A stretch of 64,000 nucleotides of DNA from assembly GCA_963749915.1 (NCBI GenBank), contig CAVVOP010000021.1:192001-256000 (forward strand), written 5' to 3'. The DNA comes from an uncultured cyanobacterium (GTDB lineage: Bacteria; Cyanobacteriota; Cyanobacteriia; Cyanobacteriales; Cyanobacteriaceae). A program made the translations under genes and the position numbers. This document shows, one piece after another, positions 22,489 through 33,375 of this stretch. How positions within the stretch are numbered: position 1 is the first letter of the stretch; every line of letters starts with the position of its first letter. The notes under the pieces are model-generated. The model had not been told where the DNA came from. It was given only the letters and a program-made list of their open reading frames with translations, and did no database searches.

Positions 22489-23858
22489 ACTGAACAGTAC
22501 GAAGTTTTTTTCTGGAGACAGCTGGAAAGCAGAAAAAAGAACATTCCAGTGACAAACCAGCCCAGAATGTTCGAGAATAGCTGAAATAGCAAAAACAATC
22601 AGCCAAATTCATTATGCAGTTATCCGAGCGTTTAGAGCAAATTGTTACTGAGTTGCGTCCCATGTTTAGTCGCGAGGCAACATTCCAATGGTTTGTGCTC
22701 CTGTTGTGGGGACTGTTATTAAGCAGGCAAGCTCCAGCAATCACCAGTTATCTCAACGCTTTGGGAATGGGACAAGAGTACTATGGTCAAGCACTGCATT
22801 GGTTCCATTCGAGTGCATTCACTATAGACGACCTTTGCAAGGGTTGGGGCAATTGGCTCAAGAGCCATCGGAATGTACGACAATTGAAGGGACAACGGGT
22901 ATATGTCGGCGACGGTATCAAAGTGAGTAAAGAAGGGCGAAAGATGCCAGGAGTCAAACGACTCCATCAAGAGTCTGAAGATGTCAGTAAACCAGAATGG
23001 ATACGAGGACACTACTTTAGTGCATTAGGTTTGTTGTAGGGTCTCTATCTGATTACTCGAGTTAAAATTTCCACGGTTGCCCATGCTGCATTTAGTCGTC
23101 GGCCTGGCAAACATGGACCCGGACGCCACAGAAAATGGGGGAGTGAGATCAAATTACGAGAGCTGTTTGCCCCTTTTGAGCAATGTGAGCAGGCATCCGT
23201 CAGACTCTACGGACTAACCGTGAAAGTGTACTTTCAATGCTTCAACTTTTATTGGGATAGCCCTGATGAGCAAGTCCTGTTTGTCCTAACTCAGTTGCCC
23301 TCAGGCAAGCAGATTATTTTACTCTCGAGCGACCTTGAGTTAAAGGGAGAACAAGTGATAGAGGCTTATAGCTGGCGATTTAAAATTGAGGTCTGCTTCC
23401 GGACTCTGATTCAGCTACTTGGCGGCTTTTGCTATCGCTTCTGGCTAAAATCAATGCCAACGGCTCCCAAATGGCCTCAAAACTTGTCATTGACAAACTC
23501 GGAGAAAGATTTTCCCCATCAAGTGAGCCGTAAGGTTGAAGCCTTTGAACGCTTTGTTAATCTTAATGCCATTGCCTTAAGTTTACTACAAGTGCTCGCC
23601 CTAGAAATGCCCCAGCAAGTTTGGGCAGTCTTTCCACTCTGGTTTCGCACCTTGCCCAAACATGGGTTTCCCAGTGAACAAATTGTGCGCCTTTCCCTCC
23701 AACATCAACTACATCTCAATTTATCCAGAAGTATACCACGCCTACTTCTGGATAAATTACTCACCACTAAAATGGGAGCAACTGCACACTCTGATGTACC
23801 TACTTTGGCAGCCTGACTCAGAGGCTCAGATATCAACACAAACTTTTTACTGTCCAGT
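22489..23858 (+). mobile_element. DDE insertion sequence (IS4/IS701-like) with a disrupted transposase
   Basis: Inverted ends ACTGAACAGTACGAAGTTT and (reverse complement) ACTGGACAGTAAAAAGTTT; ORF pieces 22614-23039 (VGDGIKVSKEGRKMPGV) and 23220-23816 (YSWRFKIEVCFR). Confidence 0.8.
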
Positions 23859-24024
23859 TAATTTACAATCTCAAGTATTTCTCATTAAATATAGTAATGG
23901 AGAAGGAACGACAAATCAGTATTTAAACTATCAGGAAAATATTGATAGACTTGATTTTGATTTACTTCAAGCTACTAATGATTATCGGCAAAATTTATCT
24001 AAATTACTGCTATTGGTTGAGTAG

Positions 24025-24076
24025 GCGATCGCGCAGCTCCGTTTCACGATCACGAAGTGGCGCTTTCAGCGATCGC
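24025..24076. repeat. HIP1-bounded small insertion (SDR5-like)
   Basis: GCGATCGC + 36 bp + GCGATCGC with an internal degenerate HIP1 (CACGATCACG). Confidence 0.6.
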
Positions 24077-24208
24077 ATAATTCTTGAACATTCATTGTGT
24101 TGTCCCTACTATACACCTATCTCAATAACGTTTCTGATCATTCTCAATCTAATTTCTCTAAAAACACTATAATTACTTAATAAATTTTAACAATTTCTGT
24201 GTGAGGAA

Positions 24209-24430
24209 ATGTCAAACTTAATATTCATCAAAGCTCGTGGTGGGTTAACTACGGGCGAAACTCTGTTACAGGTAATTAATCAATATCCTGATGGTTGTAC
24301 TATAAAACATCTCAGTAATAGTATTAATCGCCCTGTTAGCATGATTAACTTATCTCTGAAAGCATTGATTAGTAACAAACAGGTTAAGGTGAAGCTGACG
24401 GGAATGCAGAGGTTAGTTTATCCTCAATAG
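24209..24430 (+). CDS. Small winged-helix DNA-binding protein
   Basis: CTIKHLSNSINRPVSMINLSLKALISNKQV HTH pattern; GAGG SD and TATAAT upstream. Confidence 0.65.
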   Translation: MSNLIFIKARGGLTTGETLLQVINQYPDGCTIKHLSNSINRPVSMINLSLKALISNKQVKVKLTGMQRLVYPQ

Positions 24431-24600
24431 CTTCTCCTATACCATTACAAAATACACAGGTTTCTTCCCTCTGGATTTCTCCTGTGCAATCCCTGATTTC
24501 TACATATCCTTTACCGTCACAGTGTTTACACTTTTCTTTATGGTTACTCATTTTTTCCCTCAATTATCTTAATTTCCTCTAATAGCAGTTGCTTTTTTAA

Positions 24601-26135
24601 CCCACATTCCGCACGTCACTTTGTAAGATGATAAAAGTATTAAAACCAAGCAACTTATTTTGGACAAAATATAAGTAATAATACTCAATATCTTCTTTAT
24701 TCGCGTTTTGTGCTCGCGAACTTTGCTCAAATTAAAATCTCATTGTCAATAACTTCACCTTTAATGAGAATAAATAAACAGAGCAAATCTATCAGTTTTC
24801 TATTCTTTATTTATGATATTATAATTGAGAATGTTTAGACTCTTAAATCCCATAAGTTATCCAGATAAAATATAATAATTATGACAAGAAATCGGGAAAA
24901 AACTTAAAATTAGTTTTCGTTCATTTGTTAGATTTACTATCTGTTTTATTCCTTGATTTATTACTAAATGAATCCCCTGAAAACATTGAAATATCCATCT
25001 TAACGTTGGACGTTCCGTTAGTTTTCCCAGCTGATTTTTTATCCCCGTTTTTCTCTCCTTTAATAAGCGACGCACTTCTCTTTGCCCCAAAGAATAGACT
25101 AACAGACATAACCCCAAAAACACATTGCCATTGTTTCGATTCTTTTTGGGGTTTTTAAAAACACACTATCGGCAAAAAATAATGGCTCTTTCAAAAAACT
25201 AAAACCTCTTTCTGCGGCTTGTTGCTCTTTATACTCTCTTTATACTTAATTAAAATTTCATCAGAATTAAATTTACTTTTATCCAATCTATTTGTCGCTA
25301 ACACAAATCTTCCTGCTCTTTTTTTTGATTCGTTTATTTTCGTTAAATCTGATTTCAAAATAGCCGTAACTTGATAAGTTTTTCCCGATTTTTCTTCTTT
25401 AATAAATTGTTTTAAATCTGGTCTATGGTCACGGGAATAACCTTTAATTATCTTAATTGGAATTTGATTAATTAACTCTAATTCTGCATTTTCTTTCACC
25501 AAGTTTTTGGTGATTTTTTCTTGATTATATTTCCCCTCTACTGCAAAAGAAGTTGAATCTAAATGGGAAAAATCTATATTGATATTATATTTTTTTACTG
25601 TGGCTAAAGCAATAATTAAAAATAATGAAGATAATCCTTTTTCATAAAGTTTATCCATTATTCTTCTAATTCTATCATCGTTCAAATGCTCAGGTAGTAT
25701 TCCTTTTCCGATTAAATGTTCTGTGGCTTTGTCTTTAAAAAACTGTGGAAATAGATAAAGAGGTCGAGAAATAAATCCTAATCCGTTCAGAATAATTGCT
25801 TTGACTATTTGACCTGCTGTCACGATTTCCCTCTCGTCAATACCGAGGGCATCATTAATAATTTCTTCAATGCCAATTTCATCTATAACTCCAGCAATTA
25901 ATCCTAAATGATTAATGGTTTGAACTTGTATATCTTCTGAAAACATCATTTCCAAAATTAAATTAAAAACTGAATTTAATTATCCCTTAAACGTTGCTCA
26001 TTTTTCTACTAATTTATCTGAGTTCTCTTTATAAGCTAGAGAACTAATCACCGAGTATTTCTTGTCGTAGTCAATCACTGTTCAACTTCTAACCTCGTAA
26101 TCTGAATTTATACAGTTTGACGTGCGGAATGTGGG
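24601..26135 (-). mobile_element. IS1634-family element, internally deleted and frameshifted
   Basis: Perfect 18-bp TIR CCCACATTCCGCACGTCA (24601-24618 / 26118-26135); fragments 25191-25955 (HLGLIAG, HLDSTSF, GYSRDHRPDLKQF) and 24857-25123 (RPTLRWIFQCF). Confidence 0.9.
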
Positions 26136-26297
26136 TTAGATTGGTAAAGTGGTCAATCAGAGTGATTTTCGGTCTTAATTTCATTCTAATTTATCTAAAG
26201 CTACTCAAACTCAGTCTTTTATACTCTTAAGCCAACTTTTTCAGCTTACCATTTCTTTTCTTCCCAAAATAAATAAAATTTAGATGCGTTTGCCCTG
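26136..26297 (+). mobile_element. ISAs1-like right-end remnant
   Basis: Ends in TTAGATGCGTTTGCCCTG. Confidence 0.55.
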
Positions 26298-26345
26298 TTG
26301 GGTATCGTCAATTTCTTTCTCTGTTTCCTGAATTGTGCCAGAATT

Positions 26346-28109
26346 CTAATTCTTTTCTCGTATCCAAGCGGTTATACCTTCAGCAAGAGTTACCGCTAGT
26401 TTTTGTTGTGCTTGAGGGTTAGTAATCCATTCAAATTCATCGGGATTAATCATAAAACCTAACTCTAACAATACACTAGGGGTGCTATGAGGGCGAGTGA
26501 GGGCAAGATTATTCCAAAATATACCATAGGAGGGTCGATTTAACTTTTCGACCAAATAATTGTGCATAAATACAGCTAAATCATGGGCTTGAGGATGATA
26601 CCAAAAGGCACTAACTCCTTGAGTCTTTTCTGCGTTACCACCATCGGGTAAAGCGTTATAGTGAATGGAAAAAGCCAGAGTCGGTTTTAGTTTGTCAATG
26701 ATCTTTTGACGATCGCCTAGTGAAACAAAGGTATCATCTTCCCGTGTAAGATAAACCTCTGCACCACGATTTCTCAAATTTTGAGCTAATAATTGGGATA
26801 CCACTAAATTAACATCTTTTTCGGGATAACCAGTTGAGCCTAATGAGCCTAATTCATCACCACCATGACCAGGATCTAGTAGAATAGTAACACCCTCAAG
26901 GTTATGAGAATTACTCAAAGAAGGGGGATGATTGAAAGTCAGAATTAAATTACTACCCTCGTAACGAACATCATAACCCCATTGTTGAGGCGATTTGAAG
27001 TTAAAAATATAGTCAACCTGTGTCGGCTGAGTTTGATACCAGTCTAAACGTTTAATCCACGGGTTATCATCAAAGCGAATGGTGTCCGTTTGGGCGATCG
27101 TATTATATAAAGATAAAGTGAAAGTTTGATCACTTTGTTTAATAGCAATGGGTACTGGATTTTCTAACGGGAAAATAACTTCTGTACGATTGCCTAGCTG
27201 ACGAGAAGTAACACTGCGAATAATCGTGGTAGGAGGTAGATTTGTCGGTAAAATTTGGGTTTCTTCCGCTTTTATCCAACCGCCATAATCCAACCGTAAC
27301 CAATCTCCTTCTTTTGCTGTAACTGTTGCCCTTGTGCCTTTTGGTAACGGGGTTAATCTTGAATAGTCCGTACTTGCCCCAGTTCGTGCTACACCCTGTT
27401 CTGCTGTTACTTCAATAACCGTTAACTGTTGAGGATCTAAAATGGTAATATTACCTTGACTTTCTTGTTTCAGGGTTTTTCCTTCATGATTCATCACAAA
27501 AACTGGTTGAATTTTATTGCCTATTTCCCCAAAATTGGTACATCCTTTTACCTTTTCCCATGATTTTTGTGTAATCTTTTTACCTTGATTTTGACCGATT
27601 AAAATAGCAGAATTGGATGGTAAGCCGGCGATTGTTAGTTCAGGGGTAAGGCTTAAGGTTTTTGTGGCTAAATTAACCATAATTTGACTATTTAAAGGGG
27701 CTATTGCCTCAAAACAAACTAATTCATTAGGTAATTTGCTTATATTAACTTGAGGAGATAACAAACGGGGAGATAAACTTAAAATATCCTGAATATTCGG
27801 TTGAGTGCTGACTTTTGTGACAATTTTTCTTATTTCTTCTTTCCCATAACGGATTACTAACTCATTCTTCCCTATTTGTAAAGGAAAACTGGGGGCAAAA
27901 TTACCTTGTGACGATCGCCGAATTTGTTGATTATTAATTACAACGGAAACACTCGGATCAGCAGAACCAATGATAAAGATCGAGTCGGCAGTGGTTTCAT
28001 GGTTAGCAGGAGGATAAACCACTTTTAAACCCTCGGCATAAACGGGTTGTGTCATCAAAGTTAATGAAACAGTAAAAATGACCTCTCGCCAAATTTTTTT
28101 TTGCTCCAT
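26346..28109 (-). CDS. N-acetylmuramoyl-L-alanine amidase (Amidase_3) with SH3-like domain
   Basis: LLDPGHGG, EKDVNL, SIHYNA, SVLLELGFM; signal peptide. Confidence 0.9.
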   Translation of the reverse strand: MEQKKIWREVIFTVSLTLMTQPVYAEGLKVVYPPANHETTADSIFIIGSADPSVSVVINNQQIRRSSQGNFAPSFPLQIGKNELVIRYGKEEIRKIVTKVSTQPNIQDILSLSPRLLSPQVNISKLPNELVCFEAIAPLNSQIMVNLATKTLSLTPELTIAGLPSNSAILIGQNQGKKITQKSWEKVKGCTNFGEIGNKIQPVFVMNHEGKTLKQESQGNITILDPQQLTVIEVTAEQGVARTGASTDYSRLTPLPKGTRATVTAKEGDWLRLDYGGWIKAEETQILPTNLPPTTIIRSVTSRQLGNRTEVIFPLENPVPIAIKQSDQTFTLSLYNTIAQTDTIRFDDNPWIKRLDWYQTQPTQVDYIFNFKSPQQWGYDVRYEGSNLILTFNHPPSLSNSHNLEGVTILLDPGHGGDELGSLGSTGYPEKDVNLVVSQLLAQNLRNRGAEVYLTREDDTFVSLGDRQKIIDKLKPTLAFSIHYNALPDGGNAEKTQGVSAFWYHPQAHDLAVFMHNYLVEKLNRPSYGIFWNNLALTRPHSTPSVLLELGFMINPDEFEWITNPQAQQKLAVTLAEGITAWIREKN

Positions 28110-28631
28110 GAGTTTTTTGTTACAAAATTTTACAATGCTTACCTATAATTAACCCCCCCCTGATTATAACTCAAAACATAAATTTCCTATTTTATTGTCA
28201 CTATTTCCTATTTCCTTTTTTTTAAGTATTCTTATACTATGTTCTCCACAAGTATGATTAAGTTTTTTTTCTTTTTAACGGTTATTAATTTACGAAAGTT
28301 TATAAAAATAAAGAAAAGATGAAAATAAATTAAAATAACTGTTTTTTAGATCACAAAAGTGCTAATCTATAAAGTATAGGGAAAGTTTTTAGGAGGAAGG
28401 AGTAACTAAATAACATAAAACTACACTTAAAATACTATGTTATTTAGAGGGTGAATAAACCTTTTTGGTCAACGAGATTCTCAAATGTATTTGCTCAATC
28501 TATTTCAAGACGGGGTATTGGTTTATAGTTAAAAAGACTATAAACTAGTCAATTCTGAGGATTAACACTAAAACTTTGGTTAATTTAAAATAAAAAAGGT
28601 TACTAATTACCTAAAAAATGGAGTATTAATT

Positions 28632-29219
28632 ATGAAATTTTTAATTCAAGGAAACAATATTGAAGTCACTGAATCCATCCATGATTATGTAGAGGAAAAA
28701 CTAGAAAAAGCTGTTAAACATTTCCAAAATTTAGCCACAAAAGTTGATGTTCATTTATCTGTTGCACGTAACGCTCGTATCAGCAACAAACATAAAGCAG
28801 AAGTTACCGTTTATGCTAACGGTACCATAATTCGGGCTCAAGAACATAGCGAAAATTTATACGCCAGTATTGACCTTGTCTCTGATAAAATTGCTCGTCA
28901 ATTACGCAAATACAAAGAAAGACAATTAGCCAAAAAAACCCATTCTCAAATTAAAACCACTGACTCTATCGAAGAAAAACCCGTTGAAGGAAGTCTCATC
29001 GGCAATCGCCAACCAGAATTACCGACGGAAGTCGTCAGGATGAAATATTTTGCCATGAATCCTATGACCATTGATGAAGCATGGGAACAGCTACAACTTG
29101 TAGATCATGACTTTTATATGTTTAATAACAAAGAAACAGGGGATATAAATGTCATCTATCAAAGAAACCATGGCGGTTTTGGAGTTATTCAACCTCGTCA
29201 AACCAATCACGAAGAATAA
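28632..29219 (+). CDS. hpf: Ribosome hibernation promoting factor (long HPF/LrtA)
   Basis: [30 protein letters not shown]-terminal PMTIDEA...HDFYMF. Confidence 0.95.
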   Translation: MKFLIQGNNIEVTESIHDYVEEKLEKAVKHFQNLATKVDVHLSVARNARISNKHKAEVTVYANGTIIRAQEHSENLYASIDLVSDKIARQLRKYKERQLAKKTHSQIKTTDSIEEKPVEGSLIGNRQPELPTEVVRMKYFAMNPMTIDEAWEQLQLVDHDFYMFNNKETGDINVIYQRNHGGFGVIQPRQTNHEE

Positions 29220-29273
29220 TTTATCTCATTATATAGACAATCGGTAATCATAGAAGAATTTACTCTTAGTAAT

Positions 29274-29534
29274 TTAGCCTCCACTAACAGGAGGAATTAA
29301 GGCAATTTCATCACCATCTTTAACTTGAAAGTCAGGGGGAACAAATTCTAAATTTACTGCTAGTTTAGTTATGTTTTCCCATTTTGCTAGTGGTGGTTTT
29401 TGTCCGATGATAATATTTAAAATATCTTTTACTTGACTTTTTTCAGGTATACTTAGGGTTATTTCTTTTTGTTTATATATTTCTTGATATATGGCAAATA
29501 GTTTAATTTTTACTGTTATTAAATCTCTACTCAT
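29274..29534 (-). CDS. moaD: MoaD/ThiS-family sulfur carrier
   Basis: KLFA...AVN...DGDEIALIPPVSGG. Confidence 0.85.
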   Translation of the reverse strand: MSRDLITVKIKLFAIYQEIYKQKEITLSIPEKSQVKDILNIIIGQKPPLAKWENITKLAVNLEFVPPDFQVKDGDEIALIPPVSGG

Positions 29535-30722
29535 TTATTGACTTACATCAGTGAATTTGATTTTTAAGTAATCTTCTTCCATTTTTGCACCAGAAGGAGT
29601 TAAAGCGGCTAAGGCTTGAGGTAAAACCAAATTACGGCGGTGGTTACCAATTCTTACGTTCAATTCATCCCCGGTTTTATTTAATTTTATCTGTTGCTTA
29701 GGAATGCCCGGAAGATAAAGTTCTAGACTGTAGCTATTATCTACTTGAACCACTCTAATAGTATTTTCTGCATAATAAACCTTACTAGGATCTTCGTCGT
29801 TTTCATAAAGTATATCTTTTAATCTTTCTAGGGCTTTTAATCCACACATTTCCTCAGAAAATAAAGGAGCTTCTTTGATAGGTAATGGGTGAAAATTGTC
29901 ATAAATTTCTCGTTTATAAATAGCTTGATTTTCTTTCCATTTTTTGAAAAAGGGATCTTCTACTTCATCAGGGATAATGCGGTTGGCGATGATTAAATCC
30001 GTAGAAACATTATATAGACTTAGATAAGCGTGTGCTCTTAATGATTCTTTGATTACCATTCTTTCGGGATTTGTTACTAATCTGACAGACGTTTGCGCGT
30101 TATCTGTTAAAACCTTTTCCAGGGCTTCTATCTGTTGGTAAAATTCATAGGGTGCGTCCATAACTTCATTACTAGGCAAAGAAAATCCGGCGATGGGCTT
30201 AAAAATCGGTTCAAATAAAGGACGTAAGGCTGCTGACATACTTTGAAAGGGTTTGTAAAATCTTCTCATGTACCAACCACTAACTTCCGGAAGGCTTAAT
30301 AATCTTAAGGCTGTACCCGTAGGTGCGGAGTCAATAATTAAAACATCGAAATCTCCCTCGTCATAGTGTCTTTTCATCCGTACTAAGCCGAAAATCTCAT
30401 CCATGCCAGGTAATATGGCTAATTCTTGTGCTTGTACTCCGTCTAATCCCCTAGCCTGTAATACTTCGGTTATGTAACGTTTCACCGCACCCCAATTACC
30501 TTCTAATTCCATCAGTGCATCTAATTCCGCCCCCCAAAGGTTATTGACAACGGGTTGAGGATCATGACCTAATTCTAGGTCAAAACTATCCGCAAGGGAA
30601 TGGGCAGGATCTGTACTTAATACTAAAGTTTTATAACCTAATTCAGCACACTTAAGCCCCGTAGCTGCCGCAACGGAAGTTTTTCCTACTCCGCCTTTTC
30701 CTGTCATTAAAATTACGCGCAT
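29535..30722 (-). CDS. ArsA/GET3-family ATPase with HSP20-like C-terminus
   Basis: [22 protein letters not shown]. Confidence 0.9.
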   Translation of the reverse strand: MRVILMTGKGGVGKTSVAAATGLKCAELGYKTLVLSTDPAHSLADSFDLELGHDPQPVVNNLWGAELDALMELEGNWGAVKRYITEVLQARGLDGVQAQELAILPGMDEIFGLVRMKRHYDEGDFDVLIIDSAPTGTALRLLSLPEVSGWYMRRFYKPFQSMSAALRPLFEPIFKPIAGFSLPSNEVMDAPYEFYQQIEALEKVLTDNAQTSVRLVTNPERMVIKESLRAHAYLSLYNVSTDLIIANRIIPDEVEDPFFKKWKENQAIYKREIYDNFHPLPIKEAPLFSEEMCGLKALERLKDILYENDEDPSKVYYAENTIRVVQVDNSYSLELYLPGIPKQQIKLNKTGDELNVRIGNHRRNLVLPQALAALTPSGAKMEEDYLKIKFTDVSQ

Positions 30723-30908
30723 CTTTTTGTCTAATTTAAGTAATTTAAGTAATTTAAGTGCTAGATTCTTTTGTTAAAAACTTATTCAATCTTAACCAAT
30801 ATTATCCATGTTTACTGATTTGAATTCTCCAAGATTCTTTAAAAGTGTAAAATTCCGTAAAAATACGAGGGCTTAACCATGAAGATAAAGTTACCATGGA
30901 AATATAAA

Positions 30909-31133
30909 AGACCTTTCGCATTTGCAAAAGTTAAAAAATCAGGCCGTCAGAGGAGTCAGAAAGGCTTGGATAATCCAAAATCCAAAAGCGGTCGGACCCC
31001 GCGCCGCCGAAAGGCGCAAGCGGTGGAAGCCCGCGACGACGGAAGTCGCAAGGGAACGTCCACCAAGAGAGGGAATCCTGACCAAGAGATCCAAAATTAC
31101 CTAACCGAGAAATCTATTTTTGCAAGAGGTCTA
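30909..31133. mobile_element. MITE (AGACCTCTTGCAAAA-type ends) carrying a nested GC-rich insert
   Basis: Matches 46788-46912 except for a ~100-bp insert at 30988-31088 and a modified left end. Confidence 0.8.
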
Positions 31134-31212
31134 AAGATATAAACGCATATTTATCAAACTATATTTGAAAGAAAACCAGTAAATTAACTATTAAGTGCTA
31201 TAAAAAAATATA

Positions 31213-31950
31213 ATGTTCAATCAAATCTTATTCAAATCGATGATCTGGGATCACCTTCGGGGGTGTAGCGATCGCAAGGTTGCACCGCTGTGCCATCAGA
31301 CAAAGTCTAACACCTTCAGCGATCGCCCTTTTTCCAATTCAAAAAACCTTTCCCTATCTTTCATTGTGAGAAATCGCCCTGTGTCCCTCCCTCAGGGGAA
31401 ATACCCTTTTAGGGGAGAAAAACAATTAGAGTCGGGGTTTTCTATTCTTGAAGTATTAGTAACGATTTTAGTGGTTAGTGGTTTTTTACTGGGATCTTTA
31501 CAAGCAACTGTTTTAGCGACATTATTAAGGGTACAAGCTCAAGATAAACAACAGGCGGCTAACTGGGTACAACAGGATTTAGAGTTAATCAGGTATGAGG
31601 CTTTTGTCTTAGATTCAGGTGCCCCAGATCCCACCACTTGTACCGCATCAACTTATGGAACTCGTTTACGAGATACCATTAACACTTCATATTCAACCGA
31701 TGGAGGAGTGCAGATAAACAATAAATGGTACCGAGTCTTTCGTCAATATATTCCATCAGAAAATATTTTGCAAGTTAACTATACACTGGCTTATTCTCCA
31801 GCCACAACTTCTATCCCAAATCCTGCTCATCCTCGCTATAATTCTAGTGCTTCTTATACTGTAACAGGAGCAGCACCCACAGGAAATGCTAATGTTGTAG
31901 CAACTTTATCAGGGGAGGTGATACCCAATGCGGCACTTAGTTGTCCTTAA
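31213..31950 (+). CDS. Type IV minor pilin (true start probably downstream, near 31367-31381)
   Basis: Prepilin cleavage motif G|FSILEVLVTILVV. Confidence 0.85.
   Translation: MFNQILFKSMIWDHLRGCSDRKVAPLCHQTKSNTFSDRPFSNSKNLSLSFIVRNRPVSLPQGKYPFRGEKQLESGFSILEVLVTILVVSGFLLGSLQATVLATLLRVQAQDKQQAANWVQQDLELIRYEAFVLDSGAPDPTTCTASTYGTRLRDTINTSYSTDGGVQINNKWYRVFRQYIPSENILQVNYTLAYSPATTSIPNPAHPRYNSSASYTVTGAAPTGNANVVATLSGEVIPNAALSCP
31268..31326. repeat. HIP1-bounded small insertion
   Basis: GCGATCGC at 31268 and 31319 enclosing 43 bp. Confidence 0.55.
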
Positions 31951-32476
31951 TTTACTCAATAAGGACGGTGGTTTTAGTTTATTCGAGTTAATAGTAGTAT
32001 GCATAATTATGGGTGTTGTTGGTGCCGTGGGGGCACCTAGTTTTCTGGGATCTCAACGGCAAGAAAGAGTCAACGAGGCATTTAGCAAAATTAGAGGGGC
32101 GTTGGTAGAGGCTCAACTTAATGCTAATCGTTTGAGTACCACCTGTACCGTTTCCATCGCAACCACAGGATTAACAGCCACTCCACCGGGGTGTCTATTG
32201 GAAAATGTTGCTGTTGATCCTAATATTGTCGATATTGCTTCTAATGCTGGTACATTGCCTCGTACTATTGCATTTGCCTATCGAGGAACGACGGGTGATG
32301 CTCAAACATTACAAATTAGACGTAAAGATTTTTCAAACGTTGCAATGCCGGAAACAGGAAAATGTATTGTTATTTCGACCATTGGTATGATTCGCACGGG
32401 AATTTATGATGCTACTGTCACCGGTACAAATTGTAATAATATAGAAAATCAAAATTATGACAATTTAAATCCTTAG
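31928..32476 (+). CDS. Type IV minor pilin (FimT/GspH-like)
   Basis: G|FSLFELIVVCIIMGVV. Confidence 0.85.
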   Translation: MRHLVVLNLLNKDGGFSLFELIVVCIIMGVVGAVGAPSFLGSQRQERVNEAFSKIRGALVEAQLNANRLSTTCTVSIATTGLTATPPGCLLENVAVDPNIVDIASNAGTLPRTIAFAYRGTTGDAQTLQIRRKDFSNVAMPETGKCIVISTIGMIRTGIYDATVTGTNCNNIENQNYDNLNP

Positions 32477-32492
32477 AGACGGTTAAAATAAT

Positions 32493-33245
32493 ATGAATAA
32501 GATTAATTTACTCAAGCTATTTTTAAGTTTTAAAAAACATAGCAATAAAGGCATTTCTTTAACAGAATTATTAGTGGCTTTGGTTATGACTGGCATTGTC
32601 TTAACAGCGGCGACGAGTGGTTTTATCAATCTCTTACGGGTGAATAAAGATGTTGAATCAAAAACCGTTACAAGTGAAGGTTTAGCAAAGGCTTTAAATT
32701 TTACACAAGAAGAGATCAAACAGGCTAAAACAGTTACACAAGAAGCTCAAGGAACTAATTGTGATTCATCTGCCATTAGTTCAGCTAATTGCCTAGTGCT
32801 AACTTATCCAGCATCTTTTAACACTTCACTTAATTCATCGTGCACAAGCACGACTGTTGAACCTAAAGTTTACTATGGTTTTCAAGATATTAGTAGTGGT
32901 AGTCAAATATGGCTTAAGCCAGGGGTTTTAAAAAGAAAAATATTTTGCAGTGATAGTGGAGGCACTGCTGTAAGTACTAATTGGATAGTCATCGCCGATG
33001 GATTAATTAGTGTCAATGAACCGGATCCCGGTACCACTTGCAGTCGACCCGATGTCGGGTTAACAGGTACAACCCCCCCCATTGCTGTATATGGTGCAAA
33101 TGCCAGCGGCAAAGGGGGTTTTCGTTTCTGTTTCAATAATGAAACGACAACAAATCGTTTAGCAAAAATCTTTTTATATGGTTATACGGGTAAAAATAGC
33201 ACACCAACTTCTTTGAACATAACAACTTTTGCTAGGGCTCAATAA
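32493..33245 (+). CDS. Type IV minor pilin (PilW-like)
   Basis: G|ISLTELLVALVMTGIV; Cys-rich C-terminal domain. Confidence 0.85.
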   Translation: MNKINLLKLFLSFKKHSNKGISLTELLVALVMTGIVLTAATSGFINLLRVNKDVESKTVTSEGLAKALNFTQEEIKQAKTVTQEAQGTNCDSSAISSANCLVLTYPASFNTSLNSSCTSTTVEPKVYYGFQDISSGSQIWLKPGVLKRKIFCSDSGGTAVSTNWIVIADGLISVNEPDPGTTCSRPDVGLTGTTPPIAVYGANASGKGGFRFCFNNETTTNRLAKIFLYGYTGKNSTPTSLNITTFARAQ

Positions 33246-33375
33246 AAAAGAAAAAGGAATATTTAGGAAATTAGGGGAAAAATAAGTTAGCGTGGGATAA
33301 ATCGTCGGTGAATATTTTGTGATATGATTTGTCTAAATAAAATTGTATTAATACGATAAACAAATAGTAATAATT

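Noticed and set aside
22299..22744. Minus-strand 99-aa ORFs
   Set aside because: They cross the IS boundary at 22489; the real PH-like frame is 22087-22488
30733..30759. AATTTAAGT x3 and other short tandem heptamers such as TTAATTG near 48124
   Set aside because: Ordinary cyanobacterial short tandem repeats with no spacers
30879..31142. 87-aa and 60-aa ORFs, and the similar 46783-47133 ORF
   Set aside because: Translations of MITE or repeat sequence
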